64,000 nucleotides of DNA from Lama guanicoe (GCA_013239625.1 MU053482.1:4239922-4303921); one strand, 5' to 3'; shown: positions 24,610-38,270, counted from the stretch's first letter. Notes: generated by a model not told the origin, from the letters alone. Numbers and translations: made by a program.

Positions 24610-25362
24610 TTAAGGTTTTAATTTGAAAAACCTTAAACTTATAGAAAAATTGAAAGAGTAGCACAATGAATATCTATATAGCCATCATCTAGATTTATCA
24701 ATTGTTAACATCTTACCACATTGTTCACACTCCCTCTCTGTTACTCCACCTCTAAATACAGCATCAATTAACACCTGAGTATTAGGCATTCTCGTACATT
24801 AATATAATGCCGTTGTCATACACAAGAAATTTAATACTGATAGAATGCACTATTATCCAATATACATTCTGTATTCAAATTTTCCCAATTATCCCAATAA
24901 AGTCCTTTATAGCTCTTGTCGCTTTTTACAATTCATGATCCAATTAGAGATCAAGCATTGCATTTGGTTGTCATATCTTTTTGGTCTCTTTTTGGTCTAA
25001 TACAGTCCCTCCACACACACACACATTCTTTTTTCTTTTTTCTTTCAAAGCCCTGATAGTTTTAGACTCTATGCTATTTGATTTGAAGGCTATCTCACAA
25101 TGTGTATGCTTCTGATTAAGTCTCTTTATTACATTCAGGTCAATTTTTGGCAAGAGTACTACGTAAGGGATGTTGTGTCCTTCCCATTGCACTCCATCAA
25201 AGGCCACGTTTGTCCCATTCTTGGTAATGCTAAGTGTGATCACTTGCTGAAGGTGGTATCTGCCATATTTCTTCATTGTAAAATTACTTTGCGCCTTTGT
25301 AATTAATAAGTAACATGTGGGGTGTAACTTTGAGGCCATGCAGATATCTGCTGCCACAAATT
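24610..25362 (-). mobile_element. L1MC-type (L1MC4/5-like) 3' end
   Basis: 'aaacttatagaaaaattg', 'caattgttaacat', 'cattgcatttggttgtcat', 'tgatcacttgctgaaggtggtatctgcca', 'ctttgtaattaataagtaa'. Confidence 0.8.
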
Positions 25363-25699
25363 GTTGTTATTTTTTAATCACTGCAATTTTTGTGATCTCT
25401 CCCTAACGATTTGAGCAGTAATGGGAGGACAAAGGCAGGGTCCTCATTCACTCACAATCTCCGTAAATCCCATTTGGCACTGGTTAATGATAATGAAGCT
25501 TTTGGCACTTTTTCCCTATAGATGCACTTACAGGCTAGAACTCCATTTAAAAAACGCATTACACCAAAGCACAGTGAAAGCAATTACCAATACTCAATTA
25601 CTCTGACATCACTTCATCACTGTGGATACTCTGAAATGCAATGCAAGGGTGGTTCTGAATATCCTGAAGGTGAAAACTGGTCTACAACAGCGGAGGCTC

Positions 25700-26150
25700 A
25701 GAAACCTTCAGTGGCTCCCACGAACTACCTAATACCACTCAAACTCCTTACCCTGGCACTCAAGGCCCTCCAGGATCTGGGCACACCAGGCATCCTCTCT
25801 CCCACGACTCCCTCCACATCCCCAGCAAAGTGAGCTTTCCTCTTCTTATGTACCCCCATGTTCTTTCTTTGCTCATTCTTATTCCTTTGTCTTGGATGTT
25901 CTAATCTCCATCAGAGAATTTGCAAACCCAGCTTAACTTTGAAGGCGAAGGTCAAGTTTTTGCTCTCCCACAAGCATTTGTTGCAAAGGAAGTAACCTCC
26001 TCCTTCTCTGAGTTCTCTTAGTCTGTGAAATGAGGGCACGTGGTACATGGTATTATTCTCTGTGTGTCTTATCTCCCCATAAGGTTGCAGAAACCCCATA
26101 AGGCTGGGGTTTCTGAACAGCAGCCTGAGCATGTGTTCAGAACATCAATG
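25700..26150 (+). mobile_element. L2 fragment
   Basis: 'ccttcagtggctccca...caaactccttaccctggcactcaaggccctccaggatctgg'. Confidence 0.7.
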
Positions 26151-28349
26151 ACATTTGAGTACCAAAATATTTTTGAGAAAATTTGATATATAAAAAAATT
26201 AAGCATTTAAGTAGTTATCATGAGAAAAATTAGAACTGGCTGGGAGTCCTCATAAATATTTATAATTTAATATATTTTTATTTTGAATTACATATGGGAG
26301 AGAAGGGAAGGGAGCATTATAATTCTTAGGGCCCCATATATCTTAATCTAGCCCTGGCTGAAAACTCCAAGAACAGAATTCATGTCATTTCTTCCCTAGC
26401 CGCAGGCCCCGCATAGTGTGCTATGCATGGTAACTGCTCAATAAGCAGTTACTGGATGACTGAGAGGAAACTGGGAGTTACAGCAATGGTGTTGCTCCTC
26501 TGAAGATAGAATGACTTTCCTCCATTCTGCTATGCTGCTCCCCTTAGGCACAGCTCATCCCAAGAGGCCAAGGCCCTCTGTGGCTAACCATGTCAGCGAG
26601 CAAAGAATGGCCATGGACCTCTGGCCACAGGCTTACACATCTGAATTCAAGATCTTCACTGGCCTGTGGTCCGCACAAGGACTGCTCCACCCTCTGTTTA
26701 AAATGGAGCACTCTGTGATGGCATCTGGAGTGCAGGCTCACTTCTTTGCCTATGTTTGGGGCCACCCAGCACCACTCAGAAGGTATATTCATATAAGACA
26801 CAGCCCAGGTAGTCATGTCCTTTGGGAAGCATCCTGGAGGCAAGGCCTACTAGCACATCCCTTGGGTTCTTGGTTACAGCATCTGAACCCTCCGGACCCC
26901 CTACTGTGGCCCTGTGAATACCAGTCAAGTGCCTACCCTATGACAGCCATGGCCTGGGAAATTCAACACGAGGGCAGACCCAGCTCCTGCCCCAGAGGAG
27001 CATTACAACCAAGTCTCAGAGATGATGCGGAAGCACCTGAAGCATGAAGAATAAACAAGGCAATGTGGGACGAGGGGCTTTGAAATTCCCATACTGCAAA
27101 AATCACTTTTAAGGGCAGCCAGCGTTTTGCCAAGCATCAAAATGCACAAAGCACTTTAATGTCTCTTGTCTTCGTGTGCTCTCCCAGAGGCCCTCCGGGA
27201 CGGGCAGGTAAGGAGGATTAAATATGAAACAGGGGAATAGCGAGAGCTCCCTGCTCTGTGTCTCCTCTTCAGTGAAGTCTCCCCATGTTCCTACCTCTAT
27301 TCAGGTCGCTCTGTAAACCTTCTGTGAGTATAACTAATCACCACGCCTTATACCAGGCACTGGGGATGCAGAAAATGCCTTTGAGCACTAACTATACGCA
27401 AGGCATCCTTCTATTTAATGACACATTTCCAGGATCTGACTCTGGGCTCAGTGCAAGAAATAGAGATGAAGTGCCTGCCCATGGGGACTTCCCCAGCTAA
27501 TGTCACACCAGCCAGTGGGACCTGCTGGTCCATCTGTCTCTTTTTCTAGGCTGTGGTCTTTTTTCAGTGAAGGGGCATCTCTGTGGCCCCATGGCAAATC
27601 TCAGGGTCGAGCACATGGCAACATCACTTCAAAAACAGCCTTTGGTGGTGGACAGTCCTGGGACCCAGTCCTGCACATGTGCCCACAGGGCTCCACCCTT
27701 AGGGGAAGAGTCATCCGTCAGGCTGCAGGTGGCTGCCCCAGACAGTGGTCTGCAGCCTCTAACTTGCCGCCATCACTCCACTGTGTAGACAGGGCCCAAG
27801 CAGCCCGGCCCACTGCAGTTTCCGCAGACACAGCCGGCACCCTTGCCTCAGCGGAGGCTGTGCAGCTGGCATCACCTTCCACATGACCTCTGCCAGAGAC
27901 GCAGGGTCTGCCAGGTGATGCAGAGGAGGGACAGGCTGCAGCTGAGGGCCTTCTCTCCCAAGGATTCTGAAAACAGACTACTGTTCGCTGTGACTTATAA
28001 GGTTTCCCGCTAGGAATGTGGCACTGAAGTGTCCAAGAACCACGTTCATGGACCAAATCTCAAAATTCCAGCCAAGGAATCTGCTGAAGACTGGAGGGAC
28101 CAGCTGCCCAGCTTCACACAGGGAGGGCTCCTCAAAGCTACTTAATAACCCTGCCACCGGGCCCTGGTCTCAAACCTCACAAACTGGTCTGCACAAAGCT
28201 CCAGCCTGAGGTTGCTCTGTCCTCCACAGCCACCACTGAGGCACAGCTGAGCCAGTGCCCTAAAGTAGACAGAGCAGAACCCCGCACATGTAGTCACCAG
28301 AGCAGGTCCCCATCCTGGGAGACCCTGTCGGCCTCTAGTTATGCTAATG

Positions 28350-28570
28350 CAACATTTCTCCTGTTTTGGGCACACACCCCTTAGAAAATCTGAGAAAAGG
28401 GTTGGATGATCTTCCCTAAAAATGTGTGCGCGCGCACACACACGTATGTATGTATGCATATATGTGTGTGCATATATACCCATATATAAACACAGAATTA
28501 TTTCTATAATTTTTGCATGTTTACATATTCTCAAAAGCCTTATCCATAAAGTCTAGGTTAAGAATCCTGT
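28350..28570 (+). mobile_element. MER103-like (hAT-Charlie) element containing an alternating purine-pyrimidine tract
   Basis: 'accccttagaaaatctgagaaaag...cttccctaaaaatg' and terminal 'aggttaagaatcctg'. Confidence 0.55.
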
Positions 28571-29589
28571 TTTTAAATCTTCCCAGTAACCTAGCAACGC
28601 TGGGTTCTTAGCAAACTTCTTCCTAAAGTCACCAAAGCAGAAGGCAATTTTTCCATCTGAAACCTTCTGCCACTGCGGGGTCAGGGCTGAGCTCCATCTC
28701 CCGGGCAGGAGTAGAGAGTAAATACAACCCTGGGGCCAAGTGGCACGTGACCTTACACACAGCACGGAGGGCTGTCTGTCTCGTGGCCGGGCACGCTCGA
28801 TCCCTGTCACAGCTGTCAGACTGCCTGACCCAGATCTGCCAGCAGGACTGACTGTTGTCTCTGTGGGAGTAGGTCGTGGCACTCTGTCATGCACAGGCGT
28901 TTTCTCTGGGTTTCACTCAGAGATGGAGGGAAGCACCCCAGTGCTGTGGAAATTCCTCATTCTGAGAGGGACCAGGAGTTTGGGATGAGAAGGGTGGAGT
29001 GGGAAGTCCGCGTGAGGGGATATACATGCGTTCTTTCTGAGTCCAGTGCAGTGACAGCAAATTAGCTATTTCCTCAGGATGGCTCAGCCCAGCTCAGACC
29101 TCCTGCAACATAATTTAAGTGACAGGGTCTTTATCCCAGTAGGCACTTTGTGCAGGGATTGTGTGACTAGAAGGTGCTGCAGAGTGTGTAGCAGACCCTG
29201 AAGTCTAGGCTCATTATATGCCTTAACCCAGTGGTATCATCCACTCCTGGCTACTCTCTTAGCCCATCCATCAAAGCAATCAGGACACAGGTGTGCTGGC
29301 TAGAAAAAGGACACCTCTCGATAAAGTCCCAGAATGTAGGCAACTCCACTCACCAATCAGGTGCGTGTGTGCATGGTGGAGTAGGGGGGTTCATGGTGTG
29401 TGTATGTGTCTGCATGTGTCTTTATACATCCCAGGTATAAAAAAAGAAAGGGCAATGGGCCTTAAGTATACATGAGACTTCACGCATATTTCCCAGCAGA
29501 CAGACTCCAGAACAACAGGCACCCCTCCCCTCTGGACCACAGAAATACAACGGAGAAGAAAGGGTCTGCTTCATGAGGGGGAAGAGCAT

Positions 29590-29810
29590 ACAGTTTGGAA
29601 TCACTGATATTTGGGCTCAAGTTCAGGTCCAGACACCAGTGCTTACTCCCTGTGTGACCTTAAGGAAGGCACTTCATGTCTCTGAGCCTCAATTTTCTCT
29701 TCTGTAATATGGAATCAGAACCTCCCTATTGTTTGGGAGCAATAAAAGAGAGGCTGAAGACAAGGAATTAGCTGCGTGCCTGGCACATCGAAGGTGCTCA
29801 ATACCCATCT
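29590..29810 (+). mobile_element. MIR SINE
   Basis: 'ctgtgtgacctt...ctctgagcctcaattttctcttctgtaatatgg...gtgcctggcacatcgaaggtgctcaata'. Confidence 0.8.
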
Positions 29811-30564
29811 ATTGTTTTTCTGTTCTTTGCTTTATTCTACACAACTTCTGGTGGAATCATTTGAGCAAAAAAATCTGACTCTGGCTTTTTAAACCCTCCA
29901 TTGGCCAGAGCACAACGTCTTTTGTGCTCCCACATCCTACGAGAGGCTGGTGACTGGCGCATCTCGGGGAGAACTTGGGCGAGAAAACTGATGACACTGG
30001 GTTTCCCCTAAAGTCAAGCCGCCTCCCCCTCTGCCTTACCAGCACGTTTTGTCTTCTCTGCCAAGCCTCAAGCTCCTGCTTCTCAAACAATCTAATCTGT
30101 TTTGTTCGAGACAAGGGGCAAGAGGGCTGTAAGGAATGGGAAGTCAGGTTTCCTGGGATGTCCACATAGGTCACAGTAAAACAGCTTATGTCTCCAGTGA
30201 CATTTCTTCTGGGGTTGCTCACAGGGAACATAATTTATTTTTTGTGGAGCTTTAAAGCTTGTTCTTTTGTTGTAAGTGGGGCTGAAAATGTGTTTTGAGG
30301 CAGTTACAGGATCCCACTTGACCGATTCTGATGGGACTTCTAGGAAAAAACACCAAGCTTGAATGGGTCCCAGATGGAAGATGGAGCAAAGGGTCAGTGG
30401 ACAGCTCAGGCTCTGGACGGCTCAGACTCCAAGCACTGGACCCAAGAGGCAGGAGGTCACTGAGAGTGAAGGGACCCTTTGTGATCACAGAGGAAGGGGT
30501 CAGAACAGGAAGGGCCATTTTCTAAAACACCTTCAGTTAAAGAGAATCCTGGACCCAACGCACC

Positions 30565-30680
30565 TGGTCATTCCCATTTTACAGACAGGAGAACTGAGGC
30601 TCAGAGATATGAAGTCACTTGTCACCTTAGGGTTATGTAGGAAGTAATTTGGAGCCTGGGTTTGAACCAGGGTTGGGTTT
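30565..30680 (-). mobile_element. MIR SINE
   Basis: 'cccattttacagacaggagaactgaggctcagaga...aagtcacttg'. Confidence 0.8.
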
Positions 30681-31229
30681 CTGGAACTCCACACTCATAC
30701 CTGCAGTTGCCCTCCCTGGGCTAACACATCAGGGAAATGGCCTCTGACTTGCAGGCTGAGACTCCCCACGGGGAATGACCGGGGCTCAGTCCTTTACACG
30801 GCAGCATCCTGAAACCACGCCAGGAAGGAGCTTCCCTGGGCACTGCTTTTGCAGTGACAGTGGGTGGCAGGCCTCCCTTATGGCTTAAGGGTCACCAATC
30901 TTGGTATTTCTGAATGTGGGTAAGGGGAAGAGCAATCACACAGAAAACCTGTTTTCTAAGTCTGAAATTTCACGTTTTCCATTGCTTGTCACTAATCTGG
31001 CTGTGGCCACAAGCCACTGGTCCTACGTTTGGGAGGTTGGGATATACTTGAGGTCACACACCTGTAAGTGGCAGAGGCAGGTTTGGAACCTCAGTCGCTG
31101 TCTGCCCCCAAGTCCCCTGCTCTTTCCATAGGCAACCTCCCTCCCAGACGCAGCAAATAAACCCACACAGCCCCCAACCTCACATAGCTGACACTCTAGC
31201 AGGCAGTGCCTCTGTGTCTCTCAGCATTA

Positions 31230-31500
31230 CCAAACACAGAAACAAAGAGAAGATGCCTGAGATGAGCGCCAGTGAGAAAAATGAAGCAGGGAAAGGGAGA
31301 TGGAGAGTGCCAGGCCAGTGGCTGTTTGATGAAGGTGGTCAGGGAAGGCCTTTTTGGCAAGGCCAAACCTGAGCAAAGACCTGAGGGAAGTGAGGGAGCT
31401 GGGAGGGAGCCCCCAGCTATGGGGAAGGAAGAGCATTCCAGCTAGCGGGGACAGCGGGTGCAGAGACCCCGGGGGAGGAGGGCAGAGTGCTGGCTGTGAT
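31230..31500 (-). mobile_element. L2 fragment
   Basis: 'ggtggtcagggaaggcct...ctgagcaaagacctgagggaagtgaggga...gggaaggaagagcattccag'. Confidence 0.7.
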
Positions 31501-34500
31501 GGAGGAGCAGGGAAAGGCGCAGTGGCTGGGAGTGAGGGCAAGAGCCGGGGCAGAGAGAAGCCCCACCAGCCAGGTGCCCAGCAGAGCAGGCAAGCACCTG
31601 GGAACTCGGGAACTGGGGCCATGGTCTCCAGAAGGATGAGGATAGGGCGAGGGCTCTGAAGAGCAGGGCAGACAGGGAAGGAGTCCAGGCAGAAGGGCTG
31701 GGTCCCAAGTCTGAGCGGGGCCGGTGGTGAGATAGACCCTTCTTGCCCCTACTCAGCCCGGGGTGGCCACAGAGCTGCTAAGTGGACCAAGTTGCAAGGG
31801 AAGAAAGCACAGGGCCAGGGGGCCAGGCCATTCTGTACAAAGTAAAACACTGAAAAGCAAGTGTCTTACACCTTGAAAAGTCACGTGGAATTTCTTCCAA
31901 GTAGCCCCATCCCCAACTGTTGAAGGAAAGGGCGCGTGGACTTACATTCTCAGCTCTGCACTAAGCAACCCTAGTGAAGTCACCTGACATCTCCAAGTCT
32001 CCACGTCCTGTTGATAACAAGGCCCACCCTGCGGGGATGTTATGGGGCTACATGTAACTGAGCATGGCCCCCTGTAAACAGTGGCTGTCCCTACTTCCTC
32101 TGCAGCATGTGGATGGCCTAGAGCTAAGAGAGACACCAAGGCCGTGGCTGGTGTTCGCTGACCCAGTTACATGTCTGGACGAGGTCAGCTCTGTGAAACA
32201 GGCCACGTGGAGGTCACTGTGGTCCAGGGGCAACCAGACAGCCTAAGAGAGATCTGAGATGCGGCTCCACCCACCCAAACCTCCTGGGATTCTCTGCCCT
32301 GCTCAGCACCACCAGCTTTTCATGACTGTGCTGAGAATGCCCTTTCCCACCCTGGGAGAAATAAGGAGGGAAAAGAGAGGGTCTATACAGATACATAAAG
32401 CCCTCCATGAACACACATAGATTTACTGCAGTCAATTAAGAGGAATACGTGTGGTGTTTCAGTCATCCTCAGATAACCAAAGGCCAAGGGACGCTCACAC
32501 GCAGCCCCGCATCCCTGGTCTGGCCTGTCCTAAACAGCATTTGAAAAGGAGCAGCCACTCCTTTCTCTGTCCCCTGGTAAAAGACTGGCTACCTGGATGA
32601 GGTTGACAGCAACAGAGCTCCTGGCACAACCCTCAGTCACAACCCGGGGACTGCCCCGCTGAGCCACCCACGGTCCCCTCTTCTCATCCCCTGTGATTCC
32701 TGCCCCTAGCCCCAGAGCATCAAAACCTGCTCAGAATAAGGCTTGACAAACTACTCCAACCACAGTGAGAATGCTGATGACCCTCCAGAAAGAGCCTCTC
32801 AGGAAGAGGAGCTGCACTTTCCCATTATTACCAGCTTCAGCTAAAGGAGTGACGCAGTCATGCTGGAGTGTTAGGAATCCTGGGAGAGGCTTGGCTTCCC
32901 CATGCCCAGGGCCCACTCTGGCCTGGTGGAACAGGCTCTGCTCTGAAGGGCGGTCTCCCTCCAGCAGTCCCCCAGGTGGCAGAGCCCTGAAGGCACCAGT
33001 AGAAGGACGCCATTCTCAGCCACAAAGCTGGGCTCCAGAGAGCTTCTCAGGAGCCACGGGACGCCAGGTTCTTTGGACTTGGGTGCACACAGACCTACCT
33101 ATTCCCCGGCTGGGACCCCTCTCACCAACCAGCCAAAAGCCCTTTGTCTGCCATTAGCCCAATACAGACGGCATTTCATGGCTGAAAAAGCCAGTGACGG
33201 GATAAGAGGTGTTTGTTATCTAAGTAAATTGTAGAGGAAATGATGTGTGAATGAGAAAATTCTAACACAACTGTGGATCACTTCTGACAACTTCGATTAT
33301 GGTTTTGTTTAGTTAAGCACTTGTGCATTTTAATGAACTGTCTTATGGAATTATTAATTGGATCTGGGATTTCCAGGGCTTTTCCACTGCTCTGAATCCT
33401 TCCCTAGTGGAGATGATATGTCTTTGGGTGTCATGATTACAAAGGTTGGTTTTCCACTTAAAAATCTGGGGGCTAAAGCCTAGCATAAACCAGATTCAGA
33501 CATCTAAACTGAGACAGGCAGAGCAGCTCTTGGTCTTCCCACAAAGTTGAAGATAGAGAGAAGCAACTTCTTGAAAACACAAGGACATAGACTAGGACGG
33601 ATTTAAGGACACTGTGATCTGTGACCTTTCATTAGGAAAGGAGTCTAGTCTAGTTGAGAGATAAGTTAGAACCAGTAGATCAATTGTCCAGCATTAGTCA
33701 TCTGAGATGGGGAGGGAGCCCTGGACCCATCAGCTCCTCTAAACACAGACCAGGGAAAAACTGGTAGAGGGCCACGTCCCTCAGAACATCCCAGCGCCTG
33801 CCCTCCTGGCTCTGGCTGCACCAGCACTGCAAGGCTTCTTCTGTCTCACTCCCTCCCTCAGGACACTGCTGTAGCAGCTATAAAGATCCTACCAGCTTCC
33901 TCGATGAAACCAAATTCAGATTTTCTGCTACTGGCCATGGAGGGGACGCTCCACACAGGGAACAAAGATGTTCCCGGGAGCCCACCAGGCACTGCCATGT
34001 GCCATTGTACAGACTGTGCCCTGCACATGTGCCCCTGGGGATGGAGGGGAGGTTGCAATCCAGCCCACACCTGCTTGTCAGCCAAGGGCCCAGGAGGGTG
34101 AGCATCAGTCAGGGGCCTGCAGGAGACTAGCTAAGAGAGTTTAATAAGGAACCATTCACAAAGGTGGGCAAGTTGAGGGGAATCAACAAGGGCTGGAGGC
34201 AGCCTGGGCTAGTGAGAAGGGGGCTATTTCAGACTCAGGCTGGAGGGGGTGAGGGAAGGGCGTCCTCACAGAATAGAGCAGGAGCTGCGGCTGTGGGAAG
34301 AGGGGAAGAATGCAGCCATGATACTCCCTGCAGGCGGAGGCTTGGAGAGGAAATGCCCCAGTCTCTGCCAAGGCTCCCTGATGCTGCCACCCACTGGCCA
34401 CACCCACCTGGGAGCTAGAGGCAAGGAAGCCTGTTTGATGCAGTCCACAGAGGTCAGTCTCCAGCAACCCAGGGTATCATGGAGAAAGGTGAGGAGTGGT

Positions 34501-35094
34501 TGTGGAGGGGCAAGGGGACTCTCCCAGGCCAGGAACCCATTCTCTGATTCCCACAAAGGGCCACGTGGGCCAACCCTGAATCGCATCTTGTTTTCACTCC
34601 CCATGACTGAGTGTTTCCTCTTCCCCTTGGGGGAATCTCTCACAGTTGGTCCCACCACCATCAGCACATTCCATGTACTTCCGATTTCTGTGTGTCTCAG
34701 CCCCAGCCCTCCCTATGTGCAGGAAAAACCTTAGGAAGGAGGATGGTAAGCCAACCATCAAACTGGGTCTCCCTGGGATCGGCAGCAGCCTGGGAGCTCA
34801 CTCAGCAATGCTCTCCCTCCTGGGGGCATTAGAGTTTGTGAGTAAGGATGGGCCCTGCCCACTGTGCAAGGGCCAGCAATGGTCCCCAGTGCCTTCCAGG
34901 GATGGGCCTTTATATCCTAGGAGAGAACCGGGGCAGGGCTGCCAGCCAAGCACCAGTCAGGAGCTGCCAAAGGTGGTGTCCAAGACCAAGGGGCAGTAAG
35001 GACTGTGCGAAGCCACCAATGAGTCCTTCCTCTCAGGAGGGTGGGCCCCTGGAGAGTGCCCCTGGGCCAGTGTTCTTGAGCGATGTTTTAACAA

Positions 35095-35335
35095 ACACTC
35101 CTAAAGCCTTACTACATGCCCAGCAGGCACTGTGTGTTTTGAAAGCTTTGAAAAGATCTTCTCATTTTCTCCTCACAAGAAGCTATGATGGGGGAGATGA
35201 TTATCTCCTCCATTTACAGATGAGAAAAGTAAGGCACAGGGGGGTTAATTAACCTGCCTCATGTCACACAGGGAGCAAATGGTAGAGCGAGATTCAGACT
35301 CAGGCAATCTGGCACCGAGGTGCGTTCTCTTAGCT
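35095..35335 (-). mobile_element. MIR SINE
   Basis: 'catttacagatgagaaaagtaaggcacagg...gtcacacag...gattcagactcaggcaatctggc'. Confidence 0.8.
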
Positions 35336-35524
35336 GCTCAGCTAGTGGGAGTGCACCCACTGCCACCCCAGCCAGTCACAGTCACAAATGGCCACCCAGA
35401 TAAATGGCTGGCTTCCCACTTCTCCCAGACCAGACATTTAAGGCATCTCTGAAAAGCCCTCTGCTACTCATTGAGCAAAAGAGAACTATCTCAGAGATGG
35501 CCCAGGGCTCTCTGGCTTAAAATG

Positions 35525-35913
35525 AGAAGTCTCAGGTTGAGTTTCTGACAGGCAGCCTCTGAGATGGAGATGGGTCCTCGGGTGGGGAGTTTCAGGAGGG
35601 AGGGCTCTTAGGAGCCACATCTCTGGAAGGGGGGAAGAAAGCAGGATGGGGACAAAGCGAGGAGCCAAGCCGAGATACAGTCTCAACAGAATCTAGGACC
35701 GTCTCTGGGGCAGTTTTAAAGATAGAATTGGGGTGAAGGCGCCCTATGTCGGCAGTCACTTCCTGCAGAATAGCCCAAGGAGGCAGCGAGACCTGGGGCA
35801 AGGCAGCCCTCTCAGCCAGCGGGGCTTTCTGCCGGCAGGGCTCCCAGCTCACGGGGAAACCAGTCCTTCGTTCTTGGAGGGGATCTGGGAAGCACATCCC
35901 TGTGCCCATCACA
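35525..35913 (-). mobile_element. LTR16-like ERVL LTR
   Basis: 'gcagcctctgagatggaga', 'aagcaggatgggg', 'acctggggcaaggcagc', terminal 'ccatcaca'. Confidence 0.55.
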
Positions 35914-38089
35914 GGCTGTAAACCAGAAACCGGCTGCCTGCCCTCCGCCACCAAGGAAGTCTCTCCATATGTCTTTGTGTTCTGGCTACCGGGCTGTATC
36001 AACCAGGATGTGACTCTGGAGGCTACGGCAATCCCGGATTCCCTCACCCTAAACACAAGGCCCACCACCTCCTGGCTCGTTTGTGCTTCGTAATGGTCCC
36101 ATGTGGGCTGACACCCCCACTCCCAAGCTCGAAGTTCTCCAAGGGTCTTGAAAGAGCACAACTGTCTGGATGCTCACAAATAATAAACATTAGCAATTAC
36201 CAGAAACATGAAAACTTGGAAGGAAAGTCTGTCCTGAGTGCAGATGACCTGCAGGTCCAGTTCTGCCCTCTGGCCACGGGCTAGCTCCTCATTCCCTGGC
36301 TCTTCGGGCCACACCCGGGGCTTTCCTGAGCCATTGAGGCTGATTGGCTTTCCCAGTTCTCTGGGATTCTGCAGGCCAAGCCAGAAGGCAAAGGGATGCT
36401 CTGAGAGGCCATGGGGAGTTCTGTTTGCATCTTAGAAGAAATGCTAGACAGGACAGCCACTTTCGTGAGCTCCTACTTTATCTCTGAACGGTCCAGGCCT
36501 CGTTCACAATCAGAAAATGTCAGAAAAGGTTCCTGTGGGGAGAATCCAAAGAATTACTCAAAGCCACCTTCATCTGACATAATTTATACCACAATTACTT
36601 TGGCTTCTGATAGCAGCTTAAAGGAAGGGAACTCACCAGTGGCTCAGACAAGACTTCTGGGGGGAGCAGCCAGCACCTCCACCACCAGGGAAGCCCAGAT
36701 ACTTCTCAGGGTCCCAGGGAAGCCCGAGCCACCCGGGCAGCTGCACCTGTTCTTGCAGTACTGATGTCCCTACAGGGACTTCTGCGCCATAACCCCTGTT
36801 ATAGGAAGCCGGGACCAGTTGACCCGAGAGTCCACCATCAACAACAATTTCTTGAGGTCCAAAAAAAAGCAAGAACCAAAGAGTAGGGACACGGTGGTTC
36901 AAAAGTGGGGAAACCCTAGAGCCACATCAGCCACCCCCAGGGACAGGTGGCTGCTCACCCCCCTGACATGAGAAGGGAGCCCCAGGCCTCTTGTCTTACA
37001 AGAGTCCTCCTTCTGAGGTGCTCTTCTGCCCATTCCACAGAATAATCACCAGATCAGACACACATCACCCCTGCCCTAAAAACTCTGATCACTGCTGCTC
37101 CCCAAGGAGAGGGCTGCCTGTCCCTGAAGCCTCATAGCTGACCTGCATCCCTGCCACTCTTTCAACACAACGTCCAGTGGCCAGTCAAGGTGAGTGGATG
37201 AGGATAGGGATGGAGGTGGGCTGGAGGGTCCTCTCATCAGAGGGAAGTAGGGGATGAGAGTTTGTCCTGAGTTTTTACAGTTCTTTCTGACCCAAGGCCC
37301 CAGCTCACGGCACAGACAAGAGGCACACCCATAGAAATGCGCAGTCCTGTCCCAGCCATCCCACCACTGTCGGGCTTAAAGAACAAACAGCTCTTCCAAT
37401 TGGTCCATGCTACGTGCTAAACTCAGGACCACTGTAGGAAAGCTCAGAGCGTGCTAGGATCCTGATACAAATCACTGGAGCTGCATTCTTTTTCAGATGC
37501 TGAAAAACAAAAACAAAATAGACAGCCCACTGCATCCATGGAACCGAGGTCTCTAGCAGTCTCAGGCCGATGGCTCCTCCTCCACTGACAAGGACACTTG
37601 GCCACTGGCACATAGCTAGCCGTGCATGACCTGCACCTCGCATTTGAGAATCCGGAGCATGCACTTGCCACCCAGACAGCACAGGTCGGATTCACTTCCC
37701 ATCCAAATCTGGGTTCTACACCCTCCCTACACTCACTCTGAAATTCCCACAGAGCTGTCAAATCCTAAACTTCTTTCTTCGTCCTCAGATTAGGCAGACG
37801 AGAGTTAAGTAGGAGAGCTCAGTGCCATCCACCAACAGTTCAGACGCAAGTCCTCTTTATAAACTGCTTGCCAAGAGAGTAGTAATTTATGTGCACTTTC
37901 TTACCGAAGCCCTTTCATTATGTCCAGGAGGCAAATTCTATCTGAGTGAAGGTCCACAAGCACTGCTTCTGAAGTCAGGAGGCTGCCTTCTAGACTCAGC
38001 TTTCCCGCTAGCATACTTTATGAACTTGAGAATGTCATTTCACCTTCTTGTGAACAACAATTATCATAATAGGTCCTGGACTCCCTCCA

Positions 38090-38270
38090 TGTGAATTATC
38101 TCCTTTAATACAACAACCCTGTGAGGTAGGTCTTATTATCACCTCCATTTCACAGATAAGGAACCTGAGGCTTATGGAAGATTAATGGCTTGCTCTAAGT
38201 ACAGAGGTAGCAGGAAGCTAGAGGTCTCCAAAGCCAAGAAGTCTGGTTTCAAGGCTGACACTGTTAACTA
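38090..38270 (-). mobile_element. MIR SINE
   Basis: 'acaacaaccctgtgaggtagg...ccatttcacagataaggaacctgaggctt'. Confidence 0.8.

Noticed and set aside
32969..32982. CTCF-like core CCCCCAGGTGGCAG (also CCACTAGGTGGTG at ~13365)
   Set aside because: Imperfect matches of this quality are expected by chance in 64 kb and cannot be called without ChIP or conservation data.
33238..33290. C/D-box snoRNA (ATGATGT ... CTGA)
   Set aside because: The C box is imperfect, the span is short and there is no terminal stem or recognisable guide.
36411..36764. 117-aa ORF with an ITIM-like IYTTI motif
   Set aside because: A short motif expected by chance, with no exon structure or domain support.
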